From: TPA_inf: Saccharomyces
Taxonomy: Eukaryota
Assembly (NCBI GenBank): GCA_000146045.2
Contig: BK006945.2
Coordinates: 384,001-448,000 of the forward strand
DNA: 64,000 nucleotides
Direction: 5' to 3'
Position 1 is the first letter of the stretch, and each line of letters starts with the position of its first letter. A program made the position numbers and the translations under genes. The notes below the pieces were generated by a model. It did not search any database. It was not told the origin of the DNA and saw nothing but the letters and a program-made list of their open reading frames with translations. Below, one piece after another: positions 41,186 through 50,640 of the stretch.

Positions 41186-42616
41186 ATGATAGCTTCCAAA
41201 AGCTCCTTATTAGTTACTAAATCGCGCATACCCTCTCTATGCTTTCCTTTGATAAAGAGGTCCTATGTGTCAAAGACTCCGACACACTCTAACACGGCTG
41301 CTAATCTGATGGTTGAAACTCCGGCCGCCAATGCCAACGGCAATAGTGTGATGGCACCTCCTAACTCAATCAATTTTCTACAGACACTTCCCAAGAAGGA
41401 ACTATTCCAACTGGGATTCATCGGTATTGCGACCTTGAACAGCTTCTTCCTGAACACGATCATTAAGTTGTTCCCTTACATCCCCATCCCAGTAATAAAA
41501 TTCTTCGTCTCTTCTTTATACTGTGGCGGTGAGAACTTTAAAGAGGTCATCGAATGCGGCAAACGTCTGCAGAAGAGAGGTATATCGAACATGATGCTTT
41601 CATTAACTATTGAAAATTCCGAAGGTACAAAGAGTTTGTCCAGTACTCCAGTAGACCAAATTGTCAAGGAAACAATCAGCTCTGTCCACAACATCCTACT
41701 GCCCAATATTATTGGCCAGCTGGAATCTAAGCCAATCAATGACATTGCTCCAGGTTATATCGCTCTAAAACCCTCTGCTTTGGTCGATAACCCTCACGAG
41801 GTTCTGTACAATTTCAGTAATCCCGCCTACAAGGCTCAAAGGGATCAGCTGATCGAGAACTGCTCTAAGATTACAAAAGAGATTTTTGAACTAAATCAAT
41901 CTTTGTTAAAGAAGTACCCTGAAAGAAAGGCCCCATTTATGGTTTCCACTATTGACGCTGAGAAGTATGATTTGCAGGAGAATGGTGTTTACGAATTACA
42001 GAGAATCTTATTTCAAAAATTCAATCCCACTTCATCTAAACTGATATCATGTGTCGGTACTTGGCAGTTGTACCTAAGGGACTCTGGTGACCATATTTTG
42101 CACGAATTGAAGCTGGCCCAAGAAAACGGCTATAAGCTTGGGCTGAAACTGGTTCGTGGTGCTTATATTCATTCTGAAAAAAACCGTAACCAAATTATCT
42201 TTGGCGATAAAACGGGCACTGACGAAAATTACGATCGTATCATCACTCAAGTTGTCAATGATTTAATCATCAATGGCGAGGATTCTTATTTTGGTCACTT
42301 GGTTGTCGCCTCTCATAATTACCAATCCCAAATGCTCGTTACTAATTTGCTAAAATCTACCCAAGACAACTCTTATGCCAAATCGAACATTGTGTTGGGG
42401 CAATTACTAGGTATGGCAGATAATGTTACCTATGACCTAATTACCAACCATGGCGCTAAAAACATAATCAAGTATGTCCCATGGGGCCCACCATTGGAAA
42501 CTAAAGATTATCTTTTGAGAAGATTGCAAGAAAACGGGGATGCTGTGAGATCTGATAATGGCTGGCCATTAATCAAGGCCATAGCAAAGTCGATTCCAAA
42601 AAGAGTAGGCCTATGA
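41186..42616 (+). CDS. PUT1: Mitochondrial proline dehydrogenase (proline oxidase).
   Basis: 476 aa with a mitochondrial presequence and a PRODH TIM-barrel. Put3 sites lie upstream. Confidence 0.85.
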
Positions 42617-43131
42617 GAGGACTATAATATATACTCCAATTTCAAAGACAAACCAAAAAACCAAAAAAAAAAAAAAGTATGCATACATAATTCTGATGTT
42701 CTAGTTATACATATTATATATAAGTAATGATAATAACACTAATAGTAAAGTAAACGCACGGATATCAAGAGTTAATATACTTGAACCACTTAAATAACAA
42801 TCTGTTGGTAAAGCTTTCTTCCTATTGATTATGGGTTCGAATAGTACCAGATGTTTTGCCAATCCTAAATCGGTAGGAAAGTGGCTTGTCGTCGTCAGGC
42901 TTATTATCAACTCTTATGCACAAGAAAGGTACTCATCTTCTATAAACTACATAAGACCTGAATCTAATCAAAGGGAGAAAGCGCAGAACATCAGATTTAA
43001 AGCGGTTTTGCTTGATACACTCAGCCTTGTCTCTTTGTAAGGATTTTGGGGTACCTATGAATAATACATCTAGTAGTGTTAGTAAACCAACGTATGGGAT
43101 TTTGGGATACATAGTTTTCCAGTGTTTCTTA

Positions 43132-43203
43132 TCCGTGATAGTTTAATGGTCAGAATGGGCGCTTGTCGCGTGCCAGATCGGGGTTCAATTCCCCGTCGCG
43201 GAG
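43132..43203 (+). tRNA. tD(GUC): tRNA-Asp, anticodon GUC (GTC at 43165..43167), 72 nt.
   Basis: The sequence is TCCGTGATAGTTTAATGGTCAGAATGGGCGCTTGTCGCGTGCCAGATCGGGGTTCAATTCCCCGTCGCGGAG. It folds as a cloverleaf and has an internal A box (TAGTTTAATGG) and B box (GGTTCAATTCC). Confidence 0.95.
43182..43192 (+). promoter_or_regulatory. Pol III B box (GGTTCAATTCC) inside the tRNA-Asp gene.
   Basis: It matches the GGTTCGANTCC consensus, in the T-arm of the tRNA. Confidence 0.6.
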
Positions 43204-43205
43204 AA

Positions 43206-43212
43206 TTTTTTT
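43206..43212 (+). terminator. RNA polymerase III terminator (a run of 7 T).
   Basis: A TTTTTTT tract lies 3 nt after the tRNA 3' end. Confidence 0.7.
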
Positions 43213-43328
43213 AAGCTTCTATTAAAGAAGCTTTTTTTCACTTATATCTGATGGATGATGAATAGCTAGTTCAAACGGAAATCTTTGATAAAGCTATATC
43301 AAAATTCAAAGCCCAATAAGTCAGTATC

Positions 43329-45386
43329 ATGAAGTTTATAGCATTAATATCAGGTGGGAAGGACTCGTTCTACAATATTTTTCACTGCCTGAAGAACAAC
43401 CATGAATTGATTGCCCTGGGAAATATATACCCAAAAGAATCAGAAGAGCAAGAATTAGACTCTTTCATGTTCCAAACAGTAGGACATGACTTAATAGACT
43501 ATTATTCTAAATGTATTGGTGTTCCACTATTTAGACGCTCAATATTACGGAACACTTCTAACAACGTCGAGTTGAATTATACTGCTACTCAGGATGATGA
43601 AATTGAAGAACTATTTGAACTTCTAAGAACTGTCAAAGATAAAATTCCAGATTTAGAAGCTGTTAGTGTAGGTGCCATCTTATCGTCTTACCAGAGGACC
43701 AGAGTGGAAAATGTTTGTTCCAGATTGGGTCTAGTAGTGCTAAGCTATTTATGGCAAAGGGATCAAGCCGAACTAATGGGTGAAATGTGCCTTATGTCCA
43801 AGGATGTTAACAATGTTGAAAACGATACTAATTCAGGAAATAAATTTGACGCCAGGATAATCAAGGTGGCAGCAATTGGATTGAACGAGAAACATTTAGG
43901 AATGTCCTTGCCTATGATGCAACCGGTGTTACAGAAACTTAACCAACTTTATCAAGTTCATATCTGTGGAGAGGGTGGGGAGTTTGAGACAATGGTCTTG
44001 GATGCCCCTTTTTTCCAACATGGATACTTGGAATTAATTGATATTGTCAAATGTAGCGATGGTGAAGTTCACAATGCAAGGTTAAAGGTAAAATTTCAAC
44101 CGCGTAATTTGAGCAAAAGTTTTTTACTCAACCAATTAGATCAATTACCTGTACCTTCGATTTTTGGTAATAATTGGCAAGATTTAACCCAAAATTTGCC
44201 AAAGCAACAAGCTAAAACAGGAGAACAAAGATTTGAAAATCACATGTCGAATGCTCTACCACAAACGACAATCAATAAAACCAATGATAAGTTGTACATC
44301 TCTAACCTACAATCACGTAAAAGTGAGACGGTCGAGAAGCAAAGTGAAGATATTTTTACTGAGCTAGCCGACATTCTGCATTCCAACCAGATTCCACGGA
44401 ATCATATTTTATCTGCGTCATTATTAATTAGAGATATGTCTAATTTCGGAAAAATCAACAAAATATACAATGAATTTTTAGATTTGTCAAAATACGGACC
44501 TTTGCCACCATCAAGAGCATGCGTAGGTTCGAAGTGCTTGCCAGAAGATTGTCACGTACAGTTATCAGTTGTTGTTGATGTAAAAAATACAGGCAAAGAA
44601 AAAATCAACAAGAATAAGGGCGGACTACATGTTCAAGGCCGTTCATATTGGGCTCCATGTAATATCGGACCATATTCCCAAAGTACTTGGTTAAACGATG
44701 ATGCAAACCAAGTCAGTTTTATCAGTGGGCAAATCGGACTAGTACCGCAGTCAATGGAAATATTAGGAACACCTCTCACTGACCAAATAGTTTTGGCATT
44801 ACAACATTTTGATACTTTGTGTGAAACAATAGGAGCTCAAGAAAAGTTACTCATGACATGCTATATTTCAGACGAATCGGTTCTCGACTCTGTCATCAAA
44901 ACATGGGCGTTTTATTGTTCAAATATGAATCATAGATCAGATCTATGGATGGACAAATCTGATGATGTTGAAAAATGCCTAGTTCTTGTAAAGATTTCTG
45001 AATTACCTAGAGGCGCTGTTGCAGAATTTGGTGGTGTTACTTGTAAGAGATTAATAGTGGACGATAATGATTCCGACAAGAAAGAAAGGGAAGAGAATGA
45101 TGATGTTTCAACCGTATTCCAGAAATTGAATTTGAATATTGAAGGTTTTCATAACACTACAGTTAGTGCGTTTGGATATAATAGAAACTTTATTACGGGA
45201 TTTGTAGATAGTAGAGAGGAGTTAGAACTTATCTTGGAAAAAACCCCAAAATCAGCCCAGATTACCCTCTATTATAATCCCAAAGAAATCATCACTTTCC
45301 ACCATCACATTGGATACTATCCGGTGGAGAAACTTTTTGATTACCGTGGTAAAGAACACCGCTTTGGGTTGCATATTCGTTCCTAA
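43329..45386 (+). CDS. DPH6: Diphthamide synthetase (diphthine-ammonia ligase).
   Basis: 685 aa. The N-terminus is an Alpha_ANH-like PP-loop ATPase (LISGGKDS). The C-terminus carries tandem YjgF/RidA-like domains. Confidence 0.85.
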   Translation: MKFIALISGGKDSFYNIFHCLKNNHELIALGNIYPKESEEQELDSFMFQTVGHDLIDYYSKCIGVPLFRRSILRNTSNNVELNYTATQDDEIEELFELLRTVKDKIPDLEAVSVGAILSSYQRTRVENVCSRLGLVVLSYLWQRDQAELMGEMCLMSKDVNNVENDTNSGNKFDARIIKVAAIGLNEKHLGMSLPMMQPVLQKLNQLYQVHICGEGGEFETMVLDAPFFQHGYLELIDIVKCSDGEVHNARLKVKFQPRNLSKSFLLNQLDQLPVPSIFGNNWQDLTQNLPKQQAKTGEQRFENHMSNALPQTTINKTNDKLYISNLQSRKSETVEKQSEDIFTELADILHSNQIPRNHILSASLLIRDMSNFGKINKIYNEFLDLSKYGPLPPSRACVGSKCLPEDCHVQLSVVVDVKNTGKEKINKNKGGLHVQGRSYWAPCNIGPYSQSTWLNDDANQVSFISGQIGLVPQSMEILGTPLTDQIVLALQHFDTLCETIGAQEKLLMTCYISDESVLDSVIKTWAFYCSNMNHRSDLWMDKSDDVEKCLVLVKISELPRGAVAEFGGVTCKRLIVDDNDSDKKEREENDDVSTVFQKLNLNIEGFHNTTVSAFGYNRNFITGFVDSREELELILEKTPKSAQITLYYNPKEIITFHHHIGYYPVEKLFDYRGKEHRFGLHIRS

Positions 45387-45676
45387 CTCCAAATGTAGGC
45401 CTTATATTTTATAAACTTAATAGATATACGCTGTCCACGCTCCTGGCGGTGTAAATGATAGACAGATCCCAAATATGTTAGCAAATCATAGGAACAACAC
45501 CATATTGTGAACACGTAAAATTTAGAATACGCCGCACAATTAAGGTGTGTTCTGTAATAATTTGATTATTGATGATGGTTTAGGAACCAATATTCATATA
45601 AAAAAATGATCATTCTATAAAATACCTTATCGTAACACTTGTACCATGCTACTAACACTGTATATATTTCTGACCC

Positions 45677-48016
45677 CTAAGAAAAAGCACCTGAATAAGC
45701 TAAAGACCAAGTTAAGCTTTGCCCATTGTCTAGGAAATTTCTGTTGAAATCAGGTTGGCTGAAAAAGTCGTACGAAAATTTTGGATCAAGCAGAGCCATA
45801 TTTAACATGATTATTCCTTTCCAACCGTCATTCACTTGATCAATTATCGGCTGCATTTTTTCTTCCCACTCCTCTTTGACAAAATTTGGTGTTCTGACCC
45901 ATGAAGATGCTGATGTTATAGGAATGGCGTGAATCATATGAATGTATTGAGGCTCCATGCCAAAATACGTGGCGTGATCAATTTTATTTTCGAATAAAAT
46001 ACCACTAACTTTATTACCAATAAATTCTTTCGGTTGGACAGTATTATTGCTTTCGTATAGGAAGTAGCTCTGGAAAACATTTCTCATGATGCCGAGTTGT
46101 AAGTTCGCTATGTCAGTTAACTTAGAATTTCCAGTTACCAACCCCCACAATTTTATCGCATAGCAAGAATTGACATCTTCTGAAGTAGATTCTTCATCTT
46201 TACCGTCACCACTTGGAAATAGTCCTTTGGCCCATGAATGGCCATTAAACCAATCAAATGACCTAAATTGAGGGAAGTACGGATCATCGTTGTCAACACC
46301 AGAGTAATCTCTAATTAAGCACTCAACCCAATCTCTATTATTTTCTAACCAGGAGTTGTTAGTAACTCCACTTAAATCAGAATCGACTAAAGAGATAATG
46401 GCAGCCGTTATGACATGATAAGAGTAATGAAAATGATGATCATTATAATAAGAGTTACCAAAGTCTTGGCTAGAAGAGCCTGATGAAATTATGCCTTTCC
46501 AACTAACGTCGTAATTTAAAGGTAAGACTTGCTGATTGCTGATGAATCTCTCCATTGCAATAGTCAGTTTAGATAATAATTCTTTTGTTAAATTTTCATC
46601 ATGAAGGATGTAATGTGTCACATAAAGAATCCACGCATACTTTGCAAGTATCTTACCAGAGAAATACATAGAATCTATGTTTGATTCTTGTTGAGGGTCA
46701 CTCAATTGAACTTCTTGAACAGCAGCTTCCCGAATTTTAGATAGCTTTTCTTGACTGTAATCTGCCTTCTTATTCAAAGATAACGCGACAGGTTCAAAGC
46801 CCAATTCTTGAGGTACTTGAACCTGCATATCAAAACTGTTTGTGAGATAACCAGTCATTAAGCCTTTAACTGTGGAATCCAGGCTTGAGGCAATTTCACG
46901 TTCCTGCATTTCTGGTGTGAATGCCGCTTTATGATGTGGTAAAGCATACATTAGAGTAGTTCCAGACTGCGAGTAGCCTGCAACCGTATAGTTAAATCTG
47001 TAATTTGTGAAATGTTCATCAACAGTTTGCCCTGATAGGTCACAGTATACTGGATAACAGCCCGCTGCCATGTCAATACTGGGGACGGAGTCTGCAGATA
47101 ATTGACAGATAAGACCATTGATTTTATGAGATGATATTATTGTATTGCTGTCGAGTAATGAAATTTGAAAATCTTGTGGAAAAGAGTAATCAGGTGAGGT
47201 CAAATAAAGTATCCAATTCCTATTATTCTCAAGTTGTATATTATATTTACCATATCTTTCATTCACGCTTATGCGCTCTAAGCTCCTGAAACCAACGGCG
47301 CTTCTTAATTCAAAACCCAAATCGTGGTAAATAGCCGTGACAAAGCCCATCCCCTGAACCAGCGGGAATTCTATAAACTGGGAACTACTCAAAGACATTA
47401 GTAAGCACATGGACATATGTTTCATATCCCGGAATTCAAGCTTGATATCATTTGAAGAGACAAATTCCCTGGCCTTGAATACAAATGATTTTATATTTGT
47501 GGGATTGAAGTAGAATCTGGGAGGATTTGTAGTTGTATCAAAAACCCTTTGAGACGCTAAAGTATGATTGGCGGCCAAACCAAACAATTCTGGATCACGA
47601 GAAAACCAAATTGAATAAGGATGTGTCCATATAGGTTGTGTATTATCGTCTAATAACATGTTTGTGTAGAACTTGTTTGTCTCCAATGGATCAACAGATT
47701 GATCATCAATATTCGGCTTTGGTACCGGGTGTTGAACTTTGTTGAAGACGGAAGGAGGAGCTTTTAAGTTAGAAAGGACAGGTGATTGAAAAATATTGTC
47801 ACTATTCACCTGGCTGTCAGCTAAAGGGTTAGAACTGCTTGGTGTGCGCAGTGATTCACCTGCCACCCTATTTTCTCGAGGTTTACTGGAGTTCTCAGAA
47901 GAACAAACTGGTGGCTGAACATTTGCGCGAGGTGGTAAGGGAGGAGGTCCTCTATTGGTAGTACCGCCAGGTCTATTAGGAACAGGTGGAGGAATGGCTT
48001 GCCTACTGTAACACAT
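45677..48016 (-). CDS. ACF2: GH81-family endo-1,3-beta-glucanase.
   Basis: 779 aa with a Pro-rich N-terminus followed by a large GH81 catalytic region. Confidence 0.8.
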   Translation of the reverse strand: MCYSRQAIPPPVPNRPGGTTNRGPPPLPPRANVQPPVCSSENSSKPRENRVAGESLRTPSSSNPLADSQVNSDNIFQSPVLSNLKAPPSVFNKVQHPVPKPNIDDQSVDPLETNKFYTNMLLDDNTQPIWTHPYSIWFSRDPELFGLAANHTLASQRVFDTTTNPPRFYFNPTNIKSFVFKAREFVSSNDIKLEFRDMKHMSMCLLMSLSSSQFIEFPLVQGMGFVTAIYHDLGFELRSAVGFRSLERISVNERYGKYNIQLENNRNWILYLTSPDYSFPQDFQISLLDSNTIISSHKINGLICQLSADSVPSIDMAAGCYPVYCDLSGQTVDEHFTNYRFNYTVAGYSQSGTTLMYALPHHKAAFTPEMQEREIASSLDSTVKGLMTGYLTNSFDMQVQVPQELGFEPVALSLNKKADYSQEKLSKIREAAVQEVQLSDPQQESNIDSMYFSGKILAKYAWILYVTHYILHDENLTKELLSKLTIAMERFISNQQVLPLNYDVSWKGIISSGSSSQDFGNSYYNDHHFHYSYHVITAAIISLVDSDLSGVTNNSWLENNRDWVECLIRDYSGVDNDDPYFPQFRSFDWFNGHSWAKGLFPSGDGKDEESTSEDVNSCYAIKLWGLVTGNSKLTDIANLQLGIMRNVFQSYFLYESNNTVQPKEFIGNKVSGILFENKIDHATYFGMEPQYIHMIHAIPITSASSWVRTPNFVKEEWEEKMQPIIDQVNDGWKGIIMLNMALLDPKFSYDFFSQPDFNRNFLDNGQSLTWSLAYSGAFS

Positions 48017-48167
48017 CTTTTTACTTCTCGTATTTATTTATTTTTGTTTTTATGATACTAGCACTTTTCAGAAATTCATGAATTTTATTTATGGTTCCAA
48101 GAAAAAAACTTCAAAGAAATGAGTACTAGAATGATATATCCACAAAAAAAAAAAGAGCAGAAACAAA

Positions 48168-48773
48168 ATGGATGAGATGGATAATGTGATACGATCTCTG
48201 GAGCAAGAATATCGGTTAATATTGCTCTTGAACCATAGGAACAAAAATCAACATAGAGCGGCTAGCTGGTATGGATCGTTCAATGAGATGAAAAGAAATT
48301 GTGGACAAATAATAACGCTTTTTAGCTCGAGAAGATTACAAGCCAAACGCCTTAAAGATGTTGAATGGGTCAAGTTGCACAGGCTATTACAGAGAGCACT
48401 TTTTAGACAGTTAAAGAGATGGTACTGGCAGTTCAATGGCGTAATTGCGCTGGGACAATTTGTAACGTTGGGTTGTACACTAGTAACATTGCTGGCAAAT
48501 GTGAGGGCACTGTATATGAGATTATGGGAGATTAATGAAACTGAGTTTATAAGATGTGGATGCTTAATAAAGAACTTACCGAGAACAAAAGCAAAATCGG
48601 TTGTGAACGATGTCGAAGAACTTGGAGAAATTATAGATGAAGATATTGGCAACAACGTTCAAGAAAACGAACTAGTGATAACGTCTATACCAAAGCCTCT
48701 GACAGAGAACTGTAAGAAGAAAAAGAAAAGGAAAAAGAAGAACAAATCAGCCATTGATGGCATATTCGGATAA
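48168..48773 (+). CDS. RMP1: RNase MRP-specific protein subunit.
   Basis: 201 aa with an ATG at 48168 and a basic C-terminus (KKKKKRKKKNK). Size and position match YLR145W. Confidence 0.7.
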   Translation: MDEMDNVIRSLEQEYRLILLLNHRNKNQHRAASWYGSFNEMKRNCGQIITLFSSRRLQAKRLKDVEWVKLHRLLQRALFRQLKRWYWQFNGVIALGQFVTLGCTLVTLLANVRALYMRLWEINETEFIRCGCLIKNLPRTKAKSVVNDVEELGEIIDEDIGNNVQENELVITSIPKPLTENCKKKKKRKKKNKSAIDGIFG

Positions 48774-48822
48774 ATATACAAGTAAATAGACTTTTTAAAA
48801 TAATAATATCAATGCTAATAAA

Positions 48823-49725
48823 TCATTCATTAATGACCTTGTCTGCCCAAGTAGGCAAAACAAACGCACTAGAATGTATTTGAGGATTATAGTACTTCAG
48901 CTTCCCTTGTTCTTGCTCAGATATCTTTCTTTGCGGAATGTTCAACGGTATATTGGCGTTATTACTGCAAACAATTAAACCTAATTGGCCAGATGTATAG
49001 GTTGGAACCATGGTATAGCAATATTCTGTATTAGGAAATACCTTTTTGGCTGTATTTTTCAAATCATGTAAGTATTTTAAATTTAACCAAAAATTTTCAG
49101 AGCTTTGCATAATAACAACGCCATTAGGATTTAAAGCATCTTTCAATAGTTCGAAATACCTCTCTTGAAAAAACGCTTCAGCTGGACCTTCAGGATCAGA
49201 ACTATCTGTAATAATGACGTCAAATTTCTTATGGACGTCGGAAGCACCTATATCTTGTAAGAACTTGAAGCCATCGCAAAGTTTCAAGTCCAACCTTTCG
49301 TCATCGAAAGCACCATTACTCAATGTGGGCAAGAACTTACGGGATAATTCGATCACTGATGAGTCAATTTCTACCATAGTGATATCTTCTACACAGCTGT
49401 GCTTGGCTACTTCCCTTAAGACACCTCCGTCCCCACCGCCAATGATAAGTACACGCTTGGGATTAGAATGCGCAAACATGGCAATGTGGGTGATCATCTC
49501 TTGATAGGCAAACTCATCAAATTCCGTACATTGGACAATACCATCGAGGACCAAAACAGTACCGTATACCTTGTTACGGAAGATTAAGATGTCCTGAAAT
49601 TCACTGCGGGCTTCATAAAGTATTGAGTCCACGGTCATAGTAAAGGCCTGGCCCGGAAAACTTTTATCATTAATCTCTCTAAACCATCCATCTTTGATGT
49701 AAGGATGCTGTGAATTATTAACCAT
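48823..49725 (-). CDS. SPE4: Spermine synthase (aminopropyltransferase).
   Basis: 300 aa with the spermidine/spermine synthase motifs VLIIGGGDGGVLREV and the DSSDP region. Confidence 0.85.
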   Translation of the reverse strand: MVNNSQHPYIKDGWFREINDKSFPGQAFTMTVDSILYEARSEFQDILIFRNKVYGTVLVLDGIVQCTEFDEFAYQEMITHIAMFAHSNPKRVLIIGGGDGGVLREVAKHSCVEDITMVEIDSSVIELSRKFLPTLSNGAFDDERLDLKLCDGFKFLQDIGASDVHKKFDVIITDSSDPEGPAEAFFQERYFELLKDALNPNGVVIMQSSENFWLNLKYLHDLKNTAKKVFPNTEYCYTMVPTYTSGQLGLIVCSNNANIPLNIPQRKISEQEQGKLKYYNPQIHSSAFVLPTWADKVINE

Positions 49726-49869
49726 AATGTATAACTGAATCTGTCACTTTATCCTGCCTGTCTCATCGGCGTTTTGATATTTTATTTTTAACTAAAATCA
49801 GCAGCAACTTGAAAAATTTTGAGATAACCTTAAAAAGGATCTAGCAATAAAGAGAAGCTCGAAGTAGCC

Positions 49870-50058
49870 ATGGACACTGAAGAGAAAAAAAAGACTACAG
49901 CGTCAGTAGAGCATGCCCGGATGTTGCAAAATGAAATACAACAGTTATTTGCTCAGTTGCGGGATACGAATTCTCAAATTCGCTGCGATCTTAACGAGTT
50001 TGAACAAATAAAGGAATCATCTACAACAGCGGATTCAACCACGAACAGTGCGAACTGA
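49870..50058 (+). CDS. Small, poorly characterised protein of 62 aa (YLR146W-A).
   Basis: An ATG ORF lying between the 5' ends of SPE4 and SMD3. It is predicted helical and Gln/Glu-rich (NEIQQLFAQLRDTNSQIRCDLNEFEQIKE). Confidence 0.45.
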   Translation: MDTEEKKKTTASVEHARMLQNEIQQLFAQLRDTNSQIRCDLNEFEQIKESSTTADSTTNSAN

Positions 50059-50157
50059 TAAATTTATATTCAAATATATTTTACATAAACAATATTAATA
50101 TATATATATATTCCCCCTACAATGATGAATGCGTTTCTGCCGTCACGTTTCCTATTA

Positions 50158-50463
50158 TCACCTTCTCTTAGGTCCTCTTATTGGTGGCATAGGTCTTGAT
50201 GAGTTTTTTTTGAATAATGGTGCATTCTTTAAGAGATCTGGAACAACGATAAATTTGATCTGTGACCCACGTACGAATATTTGATCCATGTGTGTTACAG
50301 CCCCCTGGGGCTCTGTAGCTATTACATCTCTTAGCTGTACGTTCATGCTATCTTCGCTTTCAACAAGTTTACCACGATAAGTCGCTCCCGTTGTTAGCTC
50401 CAGAGAAACGATATGTCCCTGTGCCTCATTTAATAATTTCACTGGTATTCCATTCATAGTCAT
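50158..50463 (-). CDS. SMD3: Core snRNP Sm protein D3.
   Basis: 101 aa with an Sm fold. The sequence MTMNGIPVKLLNEAQGHIVSLELTTGATYRGKL...IRGPKRR is an exact-looking match to Sm D3. Confidence 0.9.
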   Translation of the reverse strand: MTMNGIPVKLLNEAQGHIVSLELTTGATYRGKLVESEDSMNVQLRDVIATEPQGAVTHMDQIFVRGSQIKFIVVPDLLKNAPLFKKNSSRPMPPIRGPKRR

Positions 50464-50640
50464 TGTTTCTGATACGTGCCTCGCAGCGCTTTCTGATTCT
50501 CTTCGTATTGCTCTTATAAGAATTTTTTAACGATTTCAAAAATATCAAATCTATAGAACGAAAGAAATAAGAAGCTGCCATCCCTAGAAAAGTAAAAACT
50601 ATAAGGTACCAAGAAGTAAAAAGAGAAATATAGGGATATA

